From: Phallusia mammillata
Taxonomy: Eukaryota
DNA: 64,000 nt
NCBI GenBank assembly: GCA_965637545.1
Contig: OZ281497.1
Location: forward strand, 14,260,001-14,324,000
Direction of reading: 5' to 3'
How positions within the stretch are numbered: position 1 is the first letter of the stretch; each line of letters begins with the position of its first letter. The position numbers were made by a program, and so were the translations under genes. Below the pieces are notes generated by a model. The model did no database searches. It saw nothing but the letters and a program-made list of their open reading frames with translations, and had not been told where the DNA came from. Positions 12,001-21,166 of this stretch are shown here, in pieces.

Positions 12001-13379
12001 TTATATTTAAAATATGAACAGTACCTTTGACTCATCAACACACTGTCCATCACCACATGAAAATTGCTTTGCAGCACAAGTATGGATGGTTCCCCCAGAT
12101 CTACCACTTGGACTAGATGCGGCTCTTCCACCTGGTTTCAGGTAGATTTCCGAATCATTAGCATTTGTTCTTCCCTGAGGAACACTATATAACAAACAAA
12201 TATGGACATATCACCTAATTGCATAGGGAGGGTGAATCACAAACCATAACCTATCACTTAATCAAAAAATCGTCCGATTTTATATGAGATGGGCGATAGA
12301 GCAGAATGTGGATTTCTATATGAATGTTGCATTATAAAATGCTTTTCTTCAAACATAGTATAACTATTTGAATTTGCATCTGAGGTATATTTAAAAATTA
12401 AACCAAACCATTTAAACCTTACTTGGGACAAGAAAGGATTATAAAAAACACACACAATGCTACCATTTTAGTGGCCATATGCATTTAAGTCGTAAAATTA
12501 CAGATGATTGTGTATAGTTAGAAAACGATTCTCCACATTAGCTATAACCAAAATAGGCTAAGACAGTGGTCGGCAACCGTTGGTCCGCAACCCGGTGCTG
12601 GTTTGCGAGGAGTTTGTTACCGGGCTGTATACTTTTTCAAGTTAAATGCTAACATTTTGCCCATGTATCCCAAGGAAAATCAACTAATTTAAGTGTTTGT
12701 TTTTTGTTTGTTCTTGGTAATTTTTACCTTTTTTTACCTGAACCTTTGACAAAACTAATCGAGTTGCCCTGGCCTAGACCTATGGCACTACACATGCATT
12801 TTTACTTGTATTTTTTTACCTTGTCTCTCTGCAGGGATAGGATGCACAATCCTGCATGTCATATTTAATGCTGTTACAGCCAATGTCTATGCATGATCTG
12901 GTGCGCAGTCTTTTTCCACCCTTACATTCTCTGCTACATTTGCTCCACTTACTCCATGGGCCCCACCTCATAAACAAAAACTCATGTTACAATCTTTCCA
13001 AAACATACGGATTAATACTAAGAATAGCTCCATATGCCTACTATTCTTAAAACATATTAGTATGGACATTGTGGTGCTGTTAAAATTACCTTCTTGCAGG
13101 ATTGCACAATTCACATGTTTGACGACATTGATCAGTCACGAATTGCCAATCACAATGTCCCTGCTCTTTATGGATTGAGCAAAAGTCTCGGTTTAAAGCT
13201 GAATCACTACATGAAAATCCATGGGCAGTTTCATATACGTCCTGACCTTTGCACGGGTAAAGTTCTGCAGATTATTTTCACCTTTGTTTATACCTTTACC
13301 AAAATCATGAACAAAAATGCAAATACTCACCCAAAAAAACGGCAGCAAAGAACATGAAAAAACGTAGGTGGTAGAACAT
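1..13379 (-). CDS. Secreted multidomain mosaic protein, 3'-partial: signal peptide, ShKT, TSP1, LDLa, ricin/CysR, TSP1, split C-type lectin, 3 kringles, 3 further ricin trefoils, CCP/sushi
   Basis: Hand-spliced minus-strand exons, all GT-AG with consistent phases: 13379-13331, 13264-13090, 12966-12820, 12184-12025, 11460-11312, 10945-10752, 10287-10099, 9449-9235, 8940-8802, 8449-8032, 7757-7370, 7082-6877, 6539-6325, 5383-5096, 2246-1972, 1904-1786, 1653-1608, 1546-1371, 1294-1161, 589-385, 307-<1 (4194 nt, 1398 codons). Motifs: MFYHLRFFMFFAAVFL (signal); CSDSALNRDFCSIHKEQGHCDWQFVTDQCRQTCELC (ShKT); WGPWSKWSKCSRECKGGKRLRTRSC (TSP1); CAAKQFSCGDGQCVDESKECSGYYNCRNKKDEDNC (LDLa); NHCRNP..VWC and YRGTRSWTRDGIRCQPW (kringles); CL..C..QRW (ricin); YPILTRVQVICRKGY (CCP). 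Some individual donors, e.g. 7370, are uncertain. Confidence 0.88.
2420..2854. mobile_element. Non-autonomous Tc1/mariner-superfamily MITE (CCGTAT-type TIR, Tc2/Kanga-like)
   Basis: Terminal inverted repeats CCGTATATACTC and GAGTATATACGG, flanked by TA at 2418-2419 and 2855-2856. Internal repeats of ATA(A/G)GTCGCAC. No coding capacity. Lies in an intron of the mosaic gene. Confidence 0.85.
3230..3590. repeat. Dispersed repeat with internally repeated AATGGGTCCCCACAC motif; related inverted copy at ~52118-52160
   Basis: (A)ATGGGTCCCCACAC occurs at ~3346 and ~3565, with a variant at ~3287. TTTGTTTTTGCAAGCAAAAACCAATGGGTCCCCACAC is close to the reverse complement of GTGTGGGGACCCATTAGTTTTTGTTTACAAAAACAA at ~52118. 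Boundaries are approximate. Confidence 0.6.
4090..4938 (+). mobile_element. Helentron/HINE-like non-autonomous element with three 157-bp tandem core repeats and a 3' hairpin
   Basis: Three copies of a unit starting GTTTTGGGGGGCTGT at 4407, 4564 and 4721 (period 157), then an A-rich tract, then hairpin TCCCCTTC-AGG-GAAGGGGA (4912-4930) followed by TCCATAAT. An upstream (CAAA)n microsatellite lies at ~4250. The 5' boundary is approximate. Confidence 0.7.
5595..5791. repeat. Foldback element: 86-bp inverted arms (5 mismatches) with a 25-bp spacer
   Basis: TACATACTTGCAGC...AAACGTTTAGGCA is mirrored by TGCCAAAACGTTT...GCTGCAAGTATGTA. A half-copy of the same family is at ~44270-44365. Confidence 0.9.
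5792..6194. mobile_element. Tc1/mariner-type MITE (CCGTATTTTACGGACCATAA TIR)
   Basis: Left end TCGTATTTTACGGACCATAAGGCGCA and right end TGCGCTTTATGGTCCGTAAAATACGG, with TA on both flanks (5790-5791, 6195-6196). Confidence 0.85.
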
Positions 13380-13701
13380 CTTACAGCATTTTAACACTTG
13401 GAAAAGAACGCTATTTTGGCAATTCAATGCATTACGGTTCAATCGTTCTGCAGACATCTAAACAGTCGCGCTATTTACAATTTTCTGCATGACCGAGCAC
13501 GAAGTAAAGTCGTTCATGCATTACGTTGTGCAACATGTACTTTTTTTACAAGAAAGCATTTGTCATGTAAGTCGCAAAAACTATACAACTAAATAAAATG
13601 ATTTTGGTTGAAATGTAGACTGGTTTCGTTGGCGAATCACAATTTACGTAATCTGTGGTGCGTTGCCCCCTAGTGTTGACTAATAAATCGTATCTTTTTC
13701 C

Positions 13702-13726
13702 TTGGCGCCCAAAGAGTTTTTGGCGC
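13702..13726. promoter_or_regulatory. Paired E2F-like sites in the divergent promoter region between the mosaic gene and ASF1
   Basis: TTGGCGCCCAAA at 13702-13713 and a perfect TTTGGCGC at 13719-13726 (E2F consensus TTTSSCGC). Vertebrate ASF1B is a known E2F target. Confidence 0.5.
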
Positions 13727-14718
13727 TATTCGGAATTTTGTGAGATCTGAGAACAATAGAGATGGACGGTGGTCGTGGTTCATATTTGTGATTACTCTTT
13801 CTTAAAATGGCCTCTGGTAGACTAAAAACTTGCAAAGTTGCACGTAAGGGGTTGAGTATGTGCCATGCATTTCGGAGTAGTATGTTATAATTATATTAAT
13901 TGGTATATTAACGAAATACCGATAGACCACAAGACGAAGAGTCGAAGACGTTAGTGCCTAAAGTTTATCCATAAATCCTTACCACTAACCGCGGCAAAGA
14001 ATTTAGAAAATGTGAACCGGAGTTGAGTTTCTTTCTTTAGCTTGGAACATACTGAATATACTCTTTAAAAGTAAATTGTATGACATGTTGTATAAATGTA
14101 CTGTAGTATGTGTATATTTTTGACTTCTGAAATTGTACTTGTCATTTGTCACATCCCAGAAAGCATCTAATCTTAAATTTTTTTCTGGCCACCAAACAAC
14201 CTGAGACCGTTTTCTAAACAATCTAAACATGTCCTTTGACTGTAACATGTTTTGTAACAGATTACTTGTTTGTGTACATTTCAAAAACCCTGGCTGATAC
14301 CACATGTCTAAAAAAGGGTTGAATATAAGTTTTCAAAGTCGGGCGATTTTCATTTGTTATTCACAACATTAGTGGGATAATGTGTGATGTGAATAGTTAC
14401 ACACTTAAATTTCTGTTTTGTTTTGTGCATTGTTGTCAGTTAAAACATTTTTCTTCATTACACAAGGAACTATACCTTATGTTGCCTAATTTTTAAAACT
14501 GATAAATGTTTAAACCAGCCAAAAAGTGTGACCCAAAACTTTATTTTTGACATGTGTCTCATTATTGTCATTAATCAGTTGACTAGATACATTCCCTCAA
14601 ATATATAGCAGATATGAAAAGTGTGAAAGACAAATAATAAACTGGATAAATATACAAGAACATGCAAAAATAAGAATTAATTTCCTAACCTTTTTCCTTT
14701 CATTCCAGAAACATAAAA

Positions 14719-15974
14719 ATGACTAAAGTACAAATTGTAAATGTTGAAGTTCTAGATAATCCCTCAAATTTTTACAATCCATTTCAATTTCAAATTACAT
14801 TTGATTGTCTGGAGAATCTAAGAGATGGTAAGAGACTGTGAAAACAACTATAAAAGCGTTACTTGATGCTTATGTGTGTTTTTGCAGAAAAAATGCAATA
14901 CTTTGGTGTGAACACCTTTTTTATTTCCTCTGTTGTTTTTATTAGATTTAGAATGGAAAATTGTTTATGTTGGTTCTGCTGAAAGTGAAGCATTTGATCA
15001 GATTCTAGATTCTGTTTTGGTTGGACCTGTACCTGCCGGTAGACATAAATTTGTATTTCAGGTAATGCTTGTATTACAAAATGGAATGCTTAATAAAGTG
15101 ATAAGACTGAACACAATTGTATGTTCAGGCGGAACCACCAAAGCCGGAGCGAATTCCAGTTGAGGATGTTGTTGGTGTTACCATTGTTATTTTAACTTGT
15201 ACATATCATGGTCATGAATTTGTCAGAGTGGGTTACTATGTTAACAACGAGTATTCTGATCCTGAACTACGGGAAAACCCACCAGATAAGCCAGATTTTA
15301 CAAAGGTAAAATGTAAGGACATGACCTTTAAGCCATGAACTTTTAAGCGGCAGCTTACTACTGCTCCTTGAAATATTTGAATTTAATTCTGATTTCATGT
15401 TCTAGGCTTTAATTCTAAAGTATGGATGTTCATGACAATACTACAGCAATATTGTGAGGTTACTTGTTACCCAAAGCAGTCTCATCTACCGCAATATAGT
15501 TAAAACTTATTTTTGGTGTTTTTAAACTGCAAAAAACAGTTTGTTGGTGAGGGGCAACCATATAAAGTTTTACAACCACTGTTACAAACATAGCACTATT
15601 AACCGTATAAACTAATTTTGCAGCTGGTAAGAAACATTTTGAGCAGTGAACCACGTGTTACAAGGTTCAAAATAAACTGGGATGACAGTGCCACATCTAA
15701 TGAGCAGCAGTCAGGGCCACCCATGTTTGAAGGCAACGTTCCCCCATCACCACCACCAGGAGTGCAATACAGTGAATCAATGTTAGAAGACATTCAACAA
15801 GCTATGTGTGAAGTGTCAAAGGATTCTTTAAAGTCAGGCCATGACTCCAACACTTCTAAAGCTGCCATGAGTAATGGTGAGAACTTTCAGAGTAATGGGC
15901 CTGTAAACAGACAGTTTCCTCCATGTTTGGAAAACTCTATTGATGCAATGGAGGCACAAATGCTTGTGGAATAA
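14719..15974 (+). CDS. ASF1: Histone H3-H4 chaperone ASF1 (250 aa)
   Basis: join(14719..14827,14946..15061,15129..15305,15624..15974). Translation: [79 protein letters not shown]...[13 protein letters not shown]...[15 protein letters not shown] introns with consistent phases. Confidence 0.98.
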
Positions 15975-16261
15975 ATGGTGCAGTTGGCAAGATGTTGCAA
16001 TCAAACTCCGCATTCCACCTGGCATTTCATGCACTGCTGCTATAAAACTAAGATTAGTAGCTGTTGGCCAAATTGGTTGCCCACTGCAGAGCCTGGTGCT
16101 ATTGAGCACTCCTACAGTAGTTAAACTGACTTGAGTTTCCTTTTATCTATTTGTTCAACTTTCAATTTCTCTTTCTATTGCCCGGCCCTCTTATATGTAC
16201 AACTCACACATAAATGCTAGGTTTTGATTCAAACAATTATTGCACAAAAAAGGGTTTCGTT

Positions 16262-18596
16262 TCAGTTCGAAAGTATTAACACTTGATGAATGTCATCAAA
16301 GTCGTATGTTCTGTTCAGTTCCGTATCAGTTATTTGCAATCCAGAAATGGTCTGGAACAAGAAATAAATACTATATATTTGTTTGTATAAATCAAAAATA
16401 GTTAAGTAGTATATATACCTGAAGACCAGGAGATATTGGCAACAAAGACATTGCAACATAAACATGATCTTTTGGAGCTAACTTTTGTAGGTGGTACGAT
16501 GAACGGCCTTGCCACAACATCCTTGTGCTGTTTTCATATTTTACCATTAGGTTCTTCACTCGTTCACTGAAATGTATTATCGACTGGATAAGTTTTCAAT
16601 AAAATTATATGACAGATAATTTAGACAATGAAAAAAATGGCTCCAGCATTTTTTGACACTATTACACCAATAATAAATTCATTACATAATTAATTAGTTT
16701 GTATAGTGCACCTGTGGTTTGTGATTTTATATTTCATTTCAAATGGCTTGTTCACTTCTTGCTCATTTGGTGCAGAATCAACCTCTAATCGTATGTCACT
16801 TTGGCTTGTAACCTGAACACATTTTATTCATTAACCTCAAAAACATTTGAGACTCTAGATCAGTGGTTCTCAAACTTTTTTATTGTCGGGGTCAAATGGT
16901 AGTTTGTTAAGTGTGTAGGGAGCCGCAAAAAAACGAAACCTTGAGAAAATCACTAAAGAAGATGACTTTGAAAGCTAAACTACTAGCAATGTTTCGTGGT
17001 TTTCTGAGGTCTGGTGCGAGCCGCAAAATACGTAGTTGGGAGCCATGCGGCCCCGAAAACCGAGTTTGAGAACCACTGCTCTAGATGTATATTAACATAC
17101 AGCCCGTTGCAGTTGGCTTGTTTGCAAGCGCCCCCTCTCTCCAAAACTTGATTTCCAAACAATGTCTAGTTTGCCAATAGCTCCAGCACCATCACTAAAC
17201 ACTTGTAAAGAGTACTTTGGTTTTAACTTCAGCTGGTACAAATATTGACGGATTTCAGATGGCTTCATGTACGTCTGCATGGGCACACTACAAAAGCTTT
17301 ATTTGTAAGTTCAGCAATGAGGTTTTGCATGTTAAATATGTACCTGCTTTGTTCTGTGCCACTGTTTAATGGTTTTACTTCATAGGCTGGTGATGGATCC
17401 AAATTTACTTTTTCCATACATATTAACGATTGGGTGATGTTTTGGATTTGTGTTTCAAGGTACACTTCATCACACTTAGATAAATAGATAGTTTAGTTGA
17501 ACTTGTATATGATGCTAAAATTACAGTGTGAGCTACCTCTACATTGTAGAATTTCGTTTTCACATCCAATGGTTTTAACACTTGAAATTTAAAAAACTTA
17601 CGAAAACTTCTCAATTCACCGTCAGGCCTGTTGTACGAAACTATGCACACCAGTCTGAAAAAGATCAAGAATGAGTTGAAGTTTGTAACAACACAAATTT
17701 TTTACCATGTCTGTACATAATTTAGTTTCAAAATAAACTTTTTACTAGGGTAAGAAACAAACCATACGCTAAAACAAAACACCTGCAAGGTATAACTAAA
17801 ATGTTGGTAATTGACAAAGGTGTTATCAGTGCAAAGCTTACATGTGTGTGCCAAGCTCTTTGACCTCATGATTAATTACTTCATCCAGTGAACTTGCAGA
17901 AGCAAGATTGGGAATAGGTTTGGCAAGTGAAACTGGAAGTCGTTGAGATTCTGTTTGCAAATCAGCCTGTCAGAAAGTTTTGTAATGAAGTTAATCCTTA
18001 CAAACCTGCCCATGTAGTTACAGTGATATTATATGCCATATAATGATACCCATCATAATGCAGTTTTATCGGGTTGGAGTGAGGATCGATCATTAAAATA
18101 ACATTAAAACATGGTCTTGGATACTCGTTAAGATTGATATTCTCACATGCAGTGTTTCGTATCACCCTGTAGTTGTAAGTTGTAACATACCTTGAGGCTG
18201 ACATTAGACACACTGCCGGGACTTTCATTGATCACACTTAAATAGCTTACAAAAGTTTCACCAAGAAAAATGTTTCCAAAGCTTTGTGGTAGCACCAGTA
18301 ATTCACCTACAGTGACAAACAAACAATGTACATATCCAATGACAGCTTCTTCACACAAGCACTGATTATACCTGTCCCAAATGAGTTCAGGGTGGTGTTG
18401 CACTGACCAAGAGTTTTAGGGTTCAAGTTATGACTTTCACTTGATATTGGAAAAGAAGTGATAATAGAAGGCTTGGTCAGCCTCATTACTGCAAAATAAT
18501 ATTTATTAAACATTATGTAGTCTTTTGTACAATTTTATGGTAGGCCTAAACATGACTACCTCTTAAAACCAAAGGATGTTCTTTGCTATTCTCCAT
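16262..18596 (-). CDS. TRAPPC13: Trafficking protein particle complex subunit 13 (389 aa)
   Basis: Ten exons: 18596-18560, 18488-18372, 18306-18191, 17966-17842, 17654-17537, 17474-17344, 17287-17101, 16812-16712, 16566-16419, 16351-16262 (1170 nt). Motifs [49 protein letters not shown] and [24 protein letters not shown] match TRAPPC13 as recalled. Confidence 0.96.
16861..17078. mobile_element. hAT (Charlie-type) MITE in a TRAPPC13 intron
   Basis: Perfect 15-bp TIRs CAGTGGTTCTCAAAC and GTTTGAGAACCACTG. Identical 8-bp TSD CTCTAGAT at 16853-16860 and 17079-17086. Confidence 0.95.
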
Positions 18597-18831
18597 TTCA
18601 ATATTCTTTGCTTATCACATTTTTACAGAGCTTTAAAAACGTTTTAGCATACTATTTTTCACGAAATTGCACATTCTGGAGAAAAGCGGCGATTATTCAT
18701 GTGGAACGTAAATGTTTACAAAAGTGGAACGAGTTTAGCGCCCACTAGCACTAGAAAACATTATAATTATAGAAATCAATAAATATCTGCTATGAAGGGC
18801 ACAACAATATCTCAGATACTGTTCAACAATT

Positions 18832-19262
18832 TTACACAGAGTCACAGACAGTGGCGTATCTAGGATCGTTTTTAGGGGGGGCATTTGAATTAGAATTTAT
18901 GAGGCAACTTTCAAAGACCAATCTTTTCGACCAATTCGGTTCTTGCTTCAAAATTTGGGCATCGTTCCAATGAATGCGGTGATCACATTCCAAAACGTGT
19001 TCGCATAAGGCGGACTTGTTGACGTCCATGTTTTTGACTGCCACTTTGTGTTCCTTGAGGCGTGAATTTAGATTTCGCCTAGTTTGGCCAATGTATACCA
19101 TATTACAATCACGACAAGGGACCTGGTAAACAACTCCTGTGGTATAGTGGCATCTTCAGGTTTTGGTAGCAACTGTCCAATTGTTTTAAGGGGTTTCATT
19201 GCCACTTTTACCCCAGCGTCGTTCAAGATTCGTTTGAAAATATGGGTGGTGACAAGAAGACG
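18832..19262 (-). mobile_element. Penelope-like retroelement fragment (C-terminal GIY-YIG endonuclease), 5'-truncated and frameshifted
   Basis: ILNDAGVKVAMKPLKTIGQLLPKPEDA, then a frameshift, then GVVYQVPCRDCNMVYIGQTRRNLNSRLKEH...SALCEH...DH...RLVFES, which is the typical PLE VVY-CxxC-YIG layout. No RT domain is present. Confidence 0.88.
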
Positions 19263-19843
19263 TCACAAACAGGAAGAAAATCATATTAATAATGTGCGCA
19301 ATCAATATCCTCTTTAATTAGTTATGCAAGGAATAAAAGATCGCTTTATGTGAATGGACACTCATGTACCTTATTTACGTCTTTGCCTATACGGTTGCAA
19401 GATTGGATATTGCATAAAATTGTAGAAATACTTCAAGCTCCTCGTGGTCCCCTTAATATCGCTTGACAGACCCCTAAAAGACCGTGGACTCTAGTTTGAG
19501 AAGCGCTATTCTTAAGCAGAATGTTTGATACTATCTAGGGACATTAAGCTCACTTTACTAAATTGCATTATATCTACGGGAGATTCTGAACTATAATATA
19601 TTGGCGTCTCAGTGATAACAACCACAATGATGTAGCCTTGAAAACCAGCAAAGGCAAAATGACTCGAATTAACGAAAACACAAATTGTCATACGTTTTAG
19701 ACAACTTCAACCCGCAGGTTGCCGCCGCGGGTACAGCTTTGCATATTAGCGGCCGTGTATCAATTAAAACTCTTTTGCAAGATAGGGTATTAGCTTTTAA
19801 GGCTGGCATGGTAGTTTGAGAGCTGTAAAGGTATAGTATAAAC

Positions 19844-20358
19844 CAGGGAGTCGAACCGCTTGTCATATGGGTTCAGCTTCGGTTCGGGTTCACTTTGTTT
19901 TGTTTTTAAGGGTTCGGGTTCGGTTCAGGTTTTTGAAATGAAAATTTTCGGGTTTGGGTTTTGTTCCGGTTCGGCCAAATTATCCGGACCAAACCGGTTT
20001 AAATTTTCTTTCGTTTATAGTTTTAATTCTAATCATCATCTACCTGGCCTTATCAAACTCTGAAAGAATTTTGACTGTGCACTTTTATTTTTGACACGCC
20101 CTATAACTGTTATCTCGCGTATTCTACAGTGCGCTGTTCTGAAACAGAATCACAACATATAAAAAAATATATACAGACTGCATATATACTGGTTCGGTTC
20201 CGGTACGGGTCCACCGCCAAACAAAATATGGGGTTCAACTCTGGTTCGTTTTTTTCAGAAAATCGTAATTAGCGGTTCGGGTTCGGTGCGGGTTTATAGT
20301 GAAATAAACCGCTGAAACCGGTTCGCGGGTTCGGGTTCAGTTCCGGTTCGACCCCCTG
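19844..20358. mobile_element. hAT-type non-autonomous element with subterminal GGTTC(G) repeat arrays
   Basis: TIRs CAGGGAGTCGAACC and GGTTCGACCCCCTG (1 mismatch). 8-bp TSD GTATAAAC (19836-19843) and GTACAAAC (20359-20366). Many GGTTCGGGTT repeats near both ends. Confidence 0.9.
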
Positions 20359-21166
20359 GTACAAACCACGTAGACAAACGCCAGACTTTTGTAAACTCAT
20401 TGTGTGCAAACCATGCACAATAAACAGAAAATTCGAGGCATAACGATATTAATAGTGACGTCATGAACATTTAAAAGTGGCCAACAATTCCTTTACTTTA
20501 GTTCAATGTATGGACAAAGTTAGAAAACAATTCTGACTTTGGGGCATATCATGAAATAAATCTCAGTTCTTATTAACAAAAACTAGGGCACACTGGCGGC
20601 AGAAAAAGTGTGATGCTGCCGTCAAAACGAAAAGGTTATGTACCCCTGCTCCATGCAGCCTATTGGACTCGCACTAACTTAAACGCAGGCAAAACACTAC
20701 ACATAGGCTCTTCTATTTACGAGCTAAACACATAAATCAGTTTCGGATTACAATGTGGCATTTCTGTCACTAATCTACACATATGTGTGTGTAAAAAGAT
20801 AGCTGAAACATTCTTTGCCGCCAATAGTCCTAACTGTAATAATGTAACATAAAACAAACCAGGTTTGCACGCATCGTCATGTAAATAAATCAGTCTATAA
20901 AGTAAACAAAACATAAAGTCGTACCCGTATCAGGCCAGAATTAAACACTTGCCGACGATTGAAGGAAACACTGGTCATTTGAAGAAGGTAAGTCGGTATA
21001 CAAGAAGAAAGTTTTTATCCACAAAACTGCAAAATGATAAAATTAGTCTGCCTTAAGCAACAAAAATCTCATGTAAAATTGCAATATAGTTATTGGCTGA
21101 AACATTTATGTTTGGAAGGAACGAATGTGCAACGATGATTTGTTTCTTCTTGTACAACAGAGTTGC

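Noticed and set aside
12564-12780. CAGTGGTCGGCAACC hAT-like left end
   Set aside because: The right end is only a partial match and there is no TSD, so the element cannot be delimited.
14003-14305. 100-aa minus-strand ORF between the mosaic gene and ASF1
   Set aside because: It has no recognisable motif, and the mosaic gene already has a signal-peptide start at 13379. It may be UTR or intron sequence.
19860-20063. Gly/Phe/Ser-rich ORF
   Set aside because: It is a translation of the GGTTCG subterminal repeats of the hAT element.
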